A stretch of 64,000 bases of DNA from Catajapyx aquilonaris (taxonomy: Eukaryota), in contig KZ538031.1 of the NCBI GenBank assembly GCA_000934665.2, positions 1-64,000 of the forward strand. The letters are read 5' to 3'. How positions within the stretch are numbered: the stretch's first letter is position 1; the number at the start of each line of letters is the position of its first letter. The notes beneath the pieces were generated by a model. The model did not search any database, was not told the DNA's origin, and was given only the letters and a program-made list of their open reading frames with translations. Made by a program: the position numbers and the translations under genes. Positions 39,950 to 50,500 of this stretch are shown here, in pieces.

Positions 39950-42900
39950 TCATATCTGATCCACAGCTGGATTTATCCTAAACACCGTCGCCTTGTCCTT
40001 GAGTTGCATCCGCACATGTTCTCCGAAGAGGTCCCTTATCCTTCCAAACTCCATCACATCCCGGGGCTTCTCCTTCAGCCAGAAGCGGTCAAACTCATAA
40101 AAAAGATAGGAGTACAGTTGGTGGAAATGGGCGAGTGCGGGGATCTTCCCACGAACTACATTATACACATGTACTTTGGCTGCACCGTCTTTGAACATGT
40201 GGTATGCCATGCTGGACAGATTAATCCCGACGACAGCAAATGAGTACCCATACTTTGGGTGATGTGAGTGTGCCAGGACGTGTCTTGCTATTCCTCTGTA
40301 TTCCTCAGCAAAATACAACAGGTTCTCCAGGCCCAACAGCCCCATTCCACGGAAATCTGTCTTGGGGTCATCTCCCTGGAAGGAAATTGTTTCCATAAAA
40401 AATAAGTGAAACCTGTACACAGCAGAATCGCTTTGTTCCACAAAATTTTCCTGCAATAGACAAGTTTCTGCTACATCAGACAACAAAACTAGGCAAACAA
40501 AATTAACGTACATTAACACTTCCCCTAATTGGTACATTTGAACTCTGACAAGTCCACTTTTCAGTGGGGGCTTAACGTCGGCCTAGTTCTGCCGCAAGGC
40601 TCAACACCGACTCCAGGGGGTGGTGGTCCTCCTGGAAATTTGGCCACTTTGGGGATCTTGCACTTGCACTTGCGCAATGTCACAAGCACACGGGACCCAT
40701 GGCTTTACTTCCCCTCCGAAGGAAGGCACACTCTCACTTTTCTACCACCTGGAGAAAAGTCATCGACCTCGACCAGGTTCAAACTTGGGACCAGAGGCGA
40801 CCACCAGTCCACCATGTAATTAGGGCATTTTAAACTACATTATTTAAACTACATTCCTGATACATTTATACACTCCTCTCCGTACACAGGGTTCATTTTT
40901 GAAAATTGAAACATGTGCAGCAAGGTAGAAGGGCCTATCATGACAGGATGCCCTTTATGATGTCCTGTACAGGCGCGTAGGCAGAAAATTTCGGAGGGGG
41001 CCTCATTTCATAAGCACAAGGTGAACAAGCTGCAAAGGGCGGGAAGCAAGCCCGCCGCAGGCGATTTTTTTTTTTTTTTTTTNGGGGTAGGTCACACGAA
41101 CTTAGGTGAAAGTGGGAGATTTGAATGGGTGTGTATTTGATAAAATTGGTAGCACTTTTTCCCAAAAAATCATGAATTAGTAATTTCTAATGCTATTTCA
41201 AACTGTCCTGTATATCGTCGCGGTCCGGACAAAATTACGTCGCGGTCCGGATCCGGGCCGCGGGCCGCCAGTTGAATATCCCTGCACTAGGTAGTCCCCC
41301 CAAAGAATCGACTATAATTTTCTTACTACTCTACCCAGAAACCTGATGTTTGGTTTAAAAGTTACCTTAGTTCACGGGAATGTAGCACCATTTGCAATAA
41401 ATGCTGGATTGACCTTCACCAACCTCCATACTCACTCGATCGTGACTCAACTCGAAGCTCCTTATTATCAAGGATTCTTCGCAAAATTCCTCAAAATTTC
41501 TCTGGATTGCGGCATTGATGTTGCTTTCCAAGTCTTCTAACGTCAAGGCTCACTGATGTAAGCACAACTTTTCAAATATCCCCATTTGCGATTCTTTTGA
41601 CAGGTGGAATGACAGGATACCCGGTTTCTTGTGACAAAATCGTGGTGACTTTTTTGGTCATTCCAGCAGCCTGTGCTTCACTTTTATGATTTTTTTCTTC
41701 CTGTAAAGGAGGTCATCCACCACTGTATTGGTACAAAACACTTGGTGCAGCAATCCTGACTGTTAATGTCAATATGCTGCAGAGGGACTTCAATAATAAG
41801 GAGCATTGAGTCCAGTAGCCTTCAAGTGCATATGGAGGTCGTTGAAGGTCAAGTACAGCATTTATTGTGAATGGTGCTACATTCCCATGAACTAAGGTAA
41901 GTTTTAAACCAAACAGCATGTTTCTTGGTAGAGGATGAAGAAAAATATAGTTGATTCATTGGGAGACTACCTAGTGAAACATTCTATGCTATTGATCAAG
42001 CGGCCATTTAACCGTCCTACTTGTGTACCATTCAAATTATTTGATATTTGTATATTTAAAACATATTTTAATTGATCAGTTTGTGTAAGTGATTCTAGTG
42101 CAGGAGTCACCTGGAGCCAACTCCTTTCGCACATTTTTATTGGTTGCCGAGTCTTTTGGAGCTCTCAGCGTACCAATACATCCACCAGATGTAAATTTTA
42201 TAAAATCTGCTCTCCCCCAATATTACCAGCATGCCTCAGATTTTCAAGGTGATATGGTACGGGTATTGTTAATATAAAAGCTCACTGCACATAACCTTCT
42301 GCCTCAACAGGGATATTGGATTAACTGAGATGAAACTGCATTCATATTAGGAGTCGTGCAAATACCACGCGATCGATTTTAGGCCAATTTCAGTCCACAG
42401 CGGGCATTGCAAGAGCAGTAATGGCATCTGACACAGAGACCTACTAGTCATGTTGGAATGCAGAGTCTGGTAAATGTTAACTTGTTTCTTAAGGACTCGC
42501 TTGCATTGTAAGTGTGTTTCTGGTCTCATCAAACTCACAAACAAACTAAAATATAGATTAAGATTCCCACAGATTTGAGTGAATTTGATGCAATGTGAAC
42601 GGGGACAACCTCAGCTATTAGAAAAATATTTTAGAACATCTACGTGAAAAGAAACAGTGAGAATATTCATGTATTACTGACAATGAAACTAACTCTTCTT
42701 ACCCTCCTAAATTTTGAAAATTTTGGGATTTTCTGATTCTCTGTGGCCTATATTGTTGTGCAAACATCACCTCTGCTGCTAATTTTCACATCAAAATACA
42801 AGCTAAATGCGATATTCCGAAGCCACAACCTGTGGCCACAGCCACAGCCACAGCTGGTTGCGGGTCTCAGGTCCCAGGTCGCTGCGACTGTAGAGCACTC

Positions 42901-45900
42901 TAGGGTGGCGCGAGCAAGTAGAATAATGACCTCACATGCTTCGAAATCAATGTTGTGTAGCAATTTATGAATAAAGTTTAATCAATCATTTACATATCAC
43001 TGATATCAGTCGCAACGACCTGCAACCGGCCACCCGCGACCGGATACAGGTGTTGTGGTTTCGGAATTTAGGTCTTTCAGCTTGTATTTTGATCCTGCTA
43101 ACATGAAAATTATCAGCAGAGGTTGATGTTTGCACAACACTATAGGCCAAGCAGGGTTAGAAAATCCAAAAATTTGCAAAATTCAGGAGGGTAAGAAGAG
43201 TTAGTTTGGTTGAGACCAATACACTAAACTGGCCATCACTGTATGGTTTACCCTATGTGCAGATTTTTCATAAATGTTCTGGGTGTTTAGAAAAACCCCG
43301 GAAAAAAACAAATTTTGCTCGGGAATAAACCAGCCCCCCCCCCCCCCCTTAAAAAAAATCCGGTTTTCCCCCTGGTCATTACAACCTTAATCCTTACACA
43401 GGCATTACTCAAAGTCACTTAACAGATCAAGTGGTACAGCCTTGAACATCGGGACCAATCTCCACATCTTGAACTGACAAGGGAAGTGTAAGTGTTGTCA
43501 GTGGAGTTTCTGAATGCAACTTGGCACAATAATATAGGCAGGTAAGTTATTAAAGAAAATGCGAACAATTTAGGCGGATGCCCACAAGGTCAAAAGTTAT
43601 GACCTCTCGAACTCACAAGGGACACTTTCCAAGGTCTCACCGATTTTCTTGAAATTCAGTACATTGGTAGGCCACCCTAAGGGATGAAAAACGCACCTAA
43701 AGTGACCTTCCTCAAAATGACCTGGTGACCCCTTTGGGGGGGGGGGGCAGAGGTCAAGTCTTAAATGCCGAAAACTCACCAATTTTCTTGAAATTCTGTG
43801 CATTGATAGCCCCCAAAAAGGGGTAACCGGGTCATTTTGAGCAGGTCACTTTCGGTGCGTTTTTCATCCTTGGGGTGGCCTACCAATGTACTGAATGTCA
43901 AGAAAATCAGTGAGACCTTGGAAAGTGTCCCTTGTGAGTTCGAGAGGTCATAACTTTTGACCTTGTGGGCATCCGCCTAAATTGTTTGCGTTTTCTTTAA
44001 TAACTTACCTGCCTATATTACTGTGCCTAGTTGCATTCAGAAACTCCACTGACAACACTTACACTTCCCTTGTGAGTGACCAAAAGACGAAGGATTAGAC
44101 ATGGAAGCGACAATAATATATTACTTTTGAAACATGATAATGCTTTGTCCATCTGTGTGATGCCTCGTCACAATAATTGGTCAGGGCAAGCCAATCCCAG
44201 GGAACCCAGGAGACAAAGTTGCATATGAATATACGGTAGATATACTGATCAGGGCAAGGGTGGGTAGTAGAAGAAAAAGGAAGATGGGCCATGTGCAGGG
44301 GTGGACAGGGTGATGGTTGGAAAGTACAGTCTATTGTTTGGAAAGTACAGCTTGGGCAGCTTGCCATCATTATTGCTATTTTGCCATATCTAATCACACA
44401 TTAGCTTGGCTTTCCAGGCTGCATGTGTCCTATTCTTTCTGCATAGCAGGATGACTATGACAGGATGTTACACAAAATTGGGGTGCAACCATGGGAAGTC
44501 TTGTTCAAAAAACCTAAGGAGAATGTCACGGCTAATGTGCAGGTACTGGAATAGGCCTTACACTCTATAAAAGTATAAACTCGTTGGGAGGGTGAACACA
44601 GAGTGTAGTGGTGAGTACCACAGCCTTGCACCTCTGAGGTCCCAAGTTTGATACTCAGGCCAGTGGGGAATGTCTCTGTGAAAATAGTTTTATGTGTTCT
44701 CTCCTGGTTTGTGTAGGTTTTCTCACAGTTCTCCCAGTTTCGCTCACATTCAAAATTCAGCAGCTTATTCATTGAATAAATATAGGTCATGAAAAGAGGA
44801 TCATCCTAACCTAAAAGGTCACAGGCCTATGACACATTAACAAATTATTACTTATTATTATTATTATTGTTGTTGTTGATGATGATGATATTATTAAAAC
44901 TGGCTGGATAGCTTCCCATATTCGAGTCATATCCCAACTCTACCTGAAATCCCACATGCTGCCACTGGCGGGTCACCCTTCCTTCCAGTGTCTCTTCTGG
45001 TACAAGGAGTTCCCACAGCTTCAGCAGCTTGGACTCATGTTCTGCATTATTTGAGTCATATGGTGTGCTTCGGAGGCGCTCCACATTCCCCACCAACTGT
45101 CTGTAACCCCAAATCTCCCCCACACAGCACCCAAATGACCGTAAGAATGGCCGATGCAGCTCAGGCTTGATACCCTTCACACGCAGGACAGTGAAGACAC
45201 CATAGTCTACCACCTGGCGGTCACGTGGCGCCACCAGGCCACACTCATCACTCACTTTGTCCAAGTATGACACCAACTGACGAATGTCTGAGCTCCGAGA
45301 CAGCGACAGAGATGTCTCTGAAATAAGGCACACTTCAGTCAGTAAAATGCAATTTTTTATTTCAATTTCAGTTGCAGCAAACAATATGCAACTCTAAATG
45401 CAGGTGCCATCTACCACACCTATTAAAATTAAAGATTAAGATGTTGAAGGTTCTATTCCATGCTAGGTACGGCTGAAACAGAATAGCCCTTTCTCCTAAT
45501 GTGACGACCATAGTTAGGTGTTTACTTCACAAGAAAACTCGGTGAAAACACGTACAGAATATTTTTTAAATGTATTTATGATGTAAATAACATCCTGCTC
45601 AGTTTGGAATGTGTTTCAATGGAGCAAAGGTTTATATGGCACAGAGGACTGTCTGTTATTTCTGTAGCAATCATAAGCCTTCGACAATGAACTTCTCATA
45701 TGACATTAGCTAGAGTGCAACTGCTATGCATATTTTTTTACATGACTTACACATAATTAATGAGTATAAGCATTGCACAGCAGACGAGGATAATTTATAA
45801 TTATCATAATTATAACTGTCTAGTCCATTTAAAATAATTTTCGGAGGATGTTAAATTCTTCCATTGCTTACCAACCTGAAGGATATAAAATATTACCTAT

Positions 45901-46047
45901 GGCAAGGCAGCGAGCTGCACCAGCTGGCTCCCCATAGCAGATGCGCTGCAGTTCACAGAGGCGGGTCATTTTGCGCAAAAACCACTTAATCAGGGGCCGG
46001 AAGAAGAGGTAGATGTACATTCTAATTGCTTGGATCATTGTAGCCAT
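39950..46047 (-). CDS. ELMOD2: ELMO domain-containing protein (ELMOD1/2 type ARL2/ARF GAP), ~316 aa. Exons 46047-45897, 45317-44944, 40375-39950
   Basis: KWFLRKMTRLCELQRICYG, YDSNNAEHESKLLKLW, and the GAP signature WQHVGFQ|GDDPKTDFRGMGLLGLENL, then SHHPKYGYSFAVVGINL and FDRFWLKEKPRDVMEF. 951 nt in frame. Probably co-orthologous to vertebrate ELMOD1 and ELMOD2. Confidence 0.92.
40575..40815 (-). mobile_element. Decayed tRNA-derived SINE with a Deu/Nin-like central domain
   Basis: Contains CACGGGACCCATGGCTTTACTTCCCCTCCGAAGGAAGG, which I recall from widespread arthropod SINEs. It is followed by an antisense B-box remnant (CCAGGTTCAAAC). Boundaries are approximate. Confidence 0.6.
41083..41083. 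other. Assembly gap/ambiguity (N) after a poly-T run
   Basis: Single n directly after a long T homopolymer; unrelated repeat fragments lie on either side. Confidence 0.85.
41084..41284. mobile_element. One end of a hAT (Charlie-like) non-autonomous element; the other end is probably lost at the assembly N (41083)
   Basis: Terminal GGGCCGCGGGCCGCCAGTTGAATATCCCTG and duplicated subterminal GTCGCGGTCCGGA. Confidence 0.5.
41285..41976. mobile_element. Foldback MITE with ~200-bp inverted arms
   Basis: CACTAGGTAGTCCCCC...GGGAGACTACCTAGTG ends. Opposite-strand ORFs 41346+ and 41713- give near-identical peptides (FGLKVTLVHGNVAPF / FGLKLTLVHGNVAPF). Confidence 0.85.
42655..43241. mobile_element. Foldback MITE, Tc1-like ends
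   Basis: Clear inverted core 42686-43207 (AAACTAACTCTTCTTACCCTCC / GGAGGGTAAGAAGAGTTAGTTT) with arms of ~180-200 bp. It extends degenerately to CAGTGA...TCACTG|TA. Confidence 0.8.
43473..44077. mobile_element. Young foldback element, ~265-bp near-identical inverted arms with a ~70-bp spacer
   Basis: ACAAGGGAAGTGTAAGTGTTGTCAGTGGAGTTTCTGAATGCAAC... is mirrored by ...GTTGCATTCAGAAACTCCACTGACAACACTTACACTTCCCTTGT. No convincing TSD. Confidence 0.9.
44845..44895. repeat. Compound trinucleotide microsatellite (TTA/TTG/GAT)
   Basis: ttattacttattattattattattgttgttgttgatgatgatgatattatta, inside ELMOD intron 2. Confidence 0.8.
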
Positions 46048-46694
46048 GGCTGTGGATAACAAAACATTTTAAGTCCAAGTATTCTAGCTATTATCTTCTT
46101 GATATTTCCAGGTTTATTCATTTTCCTAAGGTAACTTTCACATGCACAGCACACCAAAGCATATGTAGCTCTACCTGCAGTCTATGGGATGTGAGATGTA
46201 ATCACACCATTGCTCTGGTGACATGAATGCAATTTGTTATTGAAACTACATTGCTGGATTTATCATGACATACAACCTTCTGCAAGAGTAGTGCATTCAA
46301 ATGTACATTTTCTTAACATTCCCCATGGTTTATATTATACGAAAGAGCTCCAGGCCAGTACTCTGCAATGGGTATACACAATATTTATCCGGATAGGCTT
46401 GTACTACATTATTGCATTACTACTATGTGCACTTTTGAGGAATTGGAGTTGCAGAAGCACAAATTAATTAAGCTCTGCATTTGTAATGTTTGTCATAATC
46501 AGCATATGAAAGGTATTAAGTTTTACTCTAGTGACATAATATCGCAAATCATTGCATCACCCGGCATCCTGCCACATTGGCCCAGCCAACATTTCTTCAT
46601 GATGCAACATATCATTGTCAAAAAGACATTTCATCATGAGGAGCTCCAGTGACTTCACCGTCACACCAGTAATGCCTGCTTCAATATGCATGTA

Positions 46695-46814
46695 CTATCA
46701 GTCCAACAAGAATTGTCGCAGCGGCAGCGCACGAACTACAATCTACGAGCACAGGTATACGAGAGACTGTAGTTCGTGCGCTGCCGCTTGCGACAATTCT
46801 TGTTGGACACCAGG
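46695..46814. mobile_element. Small palindromic MITE (hairpin 1)
   Basis: GTCCAACAAGAATTGTCGCAGCGGCAGCGCACGAACTACA is mirrored almost perfectly at 46768-46808. TA lies at symmetric positions 46693-94 and 46815-16. Confidence 0.8.
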
Positions 46815-46822
46815 TACTACAG

Positions 46823-46898
46823 TATATCGCTCAAAAAGATGAGACGATTTAGCATAAAAACCAAATGCACAATCGTCTCCATCTTTTTGAGCGATGTA
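46823..46898. mobile_element. Small palindromic MITE-like element (hairpin 2)
   Basis: TATATCGCTCAAAAAGATGAGACGATT...AATCGTCTCCATCTTTTTGAGCGATGTA. Confidence 0.7.
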
Positions 46899-46917
46899 GT
46901 GCAGCAGCAGGCACCTT

Positions 46918-47026
46918 GGGGTAGATTCATCAAATGTCGTATGTCTTCGTCCTAACCAGTCGTAACCACAGTTAGTGAATATTATTAGTAACTACGGTTA
47001 TGACGACCTTTGATGCATCCACCCCC
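46918..47026. mobile_element. Small MITE with GGG/CCC ends, PIF/Harbinger-like (hairpin 3)
   Basis: GGGGTAGATTCATCAAATGTCGT...ACGACCTTTGATGCATCCACCCC, followed by TTA. Confidence 0.65.
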
Positions 47027-47199
47027 TTATCGTCACATAATCATTGTAATATCTACAGCCCCTCAGGATGAAAACTCACATTTATTTCACCACGATCACA
47101 CCTTGTAAGAACCCAGTTAGCTGCCAGTTTTTCTTACGAGCTTTGGCATGTAATGCAAAGTGCGGCAGGCACACCTCTTCTAACACCGGAACGACTTAC

Positions 47200-47545
47200 C
47201 CCGGCCACCACCAGGTCAACACCTATTCCTATTCTAAAGCGCACAACCTGTGCCCCTCGTCCTTCCCCACCTTCTTTCCAGTCTCCTTGTCCAGGTCAGT
47301 GCAGCAGCATCTCCTTCTCACCTGCTCCGCCTGTTATATACTGCCCGCCTCCTTGTCGTGGAGCCTATCACACCTGGGCACACTGCCTGCGTGGTTCCGG
47401 AAGCAGATGGGCCAGTGGAACGAGACGCAATCCGGCCTCAACCTCTCGCAATCATCCTCCAGGCAGCCGAGTCAGCTCCTTCCAACGGGCCAGTGATGAA
47501 AACGAGTGTCATGGCGGCAAACATGGAGGAGGTCACGTGACTAGG
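47200..47545 (-). promoter_or_regulatory. Probable promoter and non-coding first exon of the ELMOD gene
   Basis: GC/CpG-rich island ending in a consensus donor GG|GTAAGT (47200/47199). The ELMOD ATG (46047) sits 2 nt after an acceptor (CCACAG at 46050), which implies an upstream exon. Palindromic GTCACGTGAC at 47532-47541 and YY1-like ATGGCGGC at 47511. Confidence 0.6.
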
Positions 47546-50500
47546 AGGGGGGCAGGACGAAGCGTAGCTGCTGGTCGGGAAGAGCTGCTTACGAGACAGT
47601 TACTTAGCAGTGCTGTATTAGTTTTCTTTTGAGTTCATGACAGGGCATTGGCTGACCTGTTTCTAGATTTTGCTTCCTAATGTATTATTACTATTAAATA
47701 AAAATCACTGACATCTGTGGTCATCACGTAGTTTTATAAAAAAAATCTGTTAGCTGCCTTGGCAGAAAGTAGGTCTGAAAAGATTTAATCTCGAAGAAAA
47801 AAAAAGTATGTTACCAAATAAAAAAAACAAAAAAAAACCTCTTGGTTGTTGTTTCGAGACTGTGCATTATTTTTCATCAATAACATATTACATACAGTTA
47901 CATAAAAAGGACACAAAATACCTAGAGGTTCATGAGGGCAGCAACAAGCAAATGCATCCGGTAAAAGTTGACTCGTTTCTTCTTCTTTTTTTTAAATCTG
48001 CACTCAGCATTTCTGAAGAAAAAAAAATGTTTGAGGGCAGAGGTATAAATGGCATTAAATTTCATGACAATTTCAAAACTTGTAATTACCATGGCCATCA
48101 TGATCATGCTTCATTATCGGGCAAATACTGACTCTTGAACACAACTTTTTGCATGCGACACATTGGCACCTAAGCTTTACATATGTACAGGACAAAAAAA
48201 AAAGTCTCATGGTTGATGAAACGAGAACAAACCGTGTGTCTGGGTCCTTATGTACACATACTGGCCACATCTTTTAACACTTGATTGCCATGATAAGTAC
48301 ATAATTGCATTTCAATACACAACACTGCCCTCAAAAATTTTGCATAAATCCCAAGTGCATCCTGAATGTTGAAACAGCTAGACTGTCTCTCTTTTTTTAA
48401 GGCCTTTAAGTGGTAAGCTCGGGTTACACAACACATTTTTCTTTTTCAAATGCAGATATTAACTCATGCTTATTTGTCCCCCACATGTGCGCTACATGAT
48501 CATTTTTTAAATTCTTTTTTTTTTCTTCTTTTTAAATGCAGAGCTCAGGGAAGAAACATACCCCCTTCAAACAAAATTGACAAATGACACATATAATGCA
48601 TAATGCTATCCCGTGCCGTTACTTCATGCATTTAATATTTCTTGCTGCAGGTATGATCACCTTAGTTCTTTTTGGCAACCTGTTGTGTGAGCGAATTTAT
48701 GGAGACAAAAACAAAAAGGTGAGCAAACAGGAACTTAAGAATGATGGCAACTCCATAAAGGTATGCAAATACTTCGCAAAGAATTTAAACCTATCATTAC
48801 ATAATGAGGGTACACAAATAATCACATGAAATGGTCTCTACATGCTTACATGCTAAATTATAGTTATTCAAAATGCACATAAATTAAGAACACAAATAAC
48901 TCGTGTCAAGGAAGTTAATTGCACGATAACTGAACCACTTCCATTAACAGAGGGAAAATAAATAGGAAAATGCTATACAAAAAAAAAAAACATGTAGGAT
49001 ACACAACCCCCTACTTTCAAGACTAAAAGCAGGATGAAATAATAGCGTAAAACAGGTGGAAATGTGGAACATGATTGTTTGGCAGCAAGAGTGAAAAATA
49101 GGCAAGTTGATCAGACCTGACGTCTAACTGGCAGGTGTGCAACGGGCACTGGATTTGTCCCAAATAAAATGGGTGGAGAATTACAGCATAAAAGTGGTGT
49201 GTGATGGGAGTCAAATTGAGATCTTTTTGAAAGACAAATGGGTTTGTGTTTTGAAGAAATGCCTTTAAAATCACGTCCTTCTCTCCCCAATTCACACTTT
49301 CCACCAGACAGTTTGAGATTTTTATCCAGCATGTTTCCTCCCTGACCTATACTCTCACACTATTATTACATGTTCCCAACCTATCCTGCACATCTATCAC
49401 ATAGACTTCACGAAGGTCTCACAAACAGATATACTACTTTGTATTCATATAATACACATCTCAAGGATTATATATTTTTTGTCCTGTATTTTTTTCAGTT
49501 TATTTTTCTCTCTAAGTCGTGCTTCACTTCCTCCTTGCATTTGGTGCTCTGTTTTAAAATAGTTATAATTTAAAATCAAGGAGGAATAAAAGCAGGGAAT
49601 TTATATTTTTTTTCACATCTCCCGCATTCTGTCACATTGTCATTTATTTTTTCCCGATATGGTGAACCCATTTTTTAAATATATAACTAGGATCAAGGGA
49701 AGTTAGTGAAGAAAGGCACTAGTTCTCTACAATATGATATACAGCCAGTAGAAGCAGCTGCCATGCTCTCATAAACAAAAAGGAAAAAATTGCACCCCAT
49801 TCTATTTGCATTAGGTCGCCTTCCAACAGGCCTCGTCTTGATGAAACTCACTTTTTTAAACATCACATCAGCAATGTTTCTCCCAACTCTTATTCACAGA
49901 TTTTAAAATCCTTCTAGCCTTCTTCACAAATGTACATAGTTTGCATTGGGGAGGAAGGGGGTCAATATAGGCTGCAAGCAAATTCTCTGATTCAATCGAT
50001 TAACACAAAAACCAATTCATATGTAAGTCACGTTTGGAGTGGCAGTTAGCAGCACAGTCAAAAGAGAAGCTTACATGCTTCCTTTCTATATGTTTTACAA
50101 CTTAAAAGAATGAAGCTGAACACATATCTGGAGTCATTAATTTTGTCCTCACATGCTCAGCAACACACTGAAGGAGTTTTTGCCCTTTTTTCTGTAAACA
50201 CATACTACTGCATGTTTTTTTTTTCTTCCTTGAAGCCACACATTTACAGTATATAAAACACGCACACTCACACACACTGAACCTCCAAGTGGCAATGAGA
50301 AAAATCTCAAAACTGATTTTTTTTTCTTGCAATGTGAAGAGTCAAAGGGAATATATTTATATATACTTTTCATAATGTGGGTATTAGGCTAGGGAGTTTG
50401 GGTTGTGATGAATATAAATACTGCATTTACTTGGATTATTAAAAACCATCTTTTTTTATCCTGACTAGTTAGTGAGCGAGGTTCGCTTCACACTCTGATG

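Noticed and set aside
42505..42540. Hammerhead-like TTGATGAG-ACCA-GAAAC on the - strand
   Set aside because: It lacks the core C, stem III and the cleavage triplet. Other CTGATGA hits (~30629, ~61387) lack a paired GAAA.
47068..47632. 142-159 aa + strand ORFs
   Set aside because: GC-rich promoter/5'UTR of ELMOD; the peptides are uninformative.
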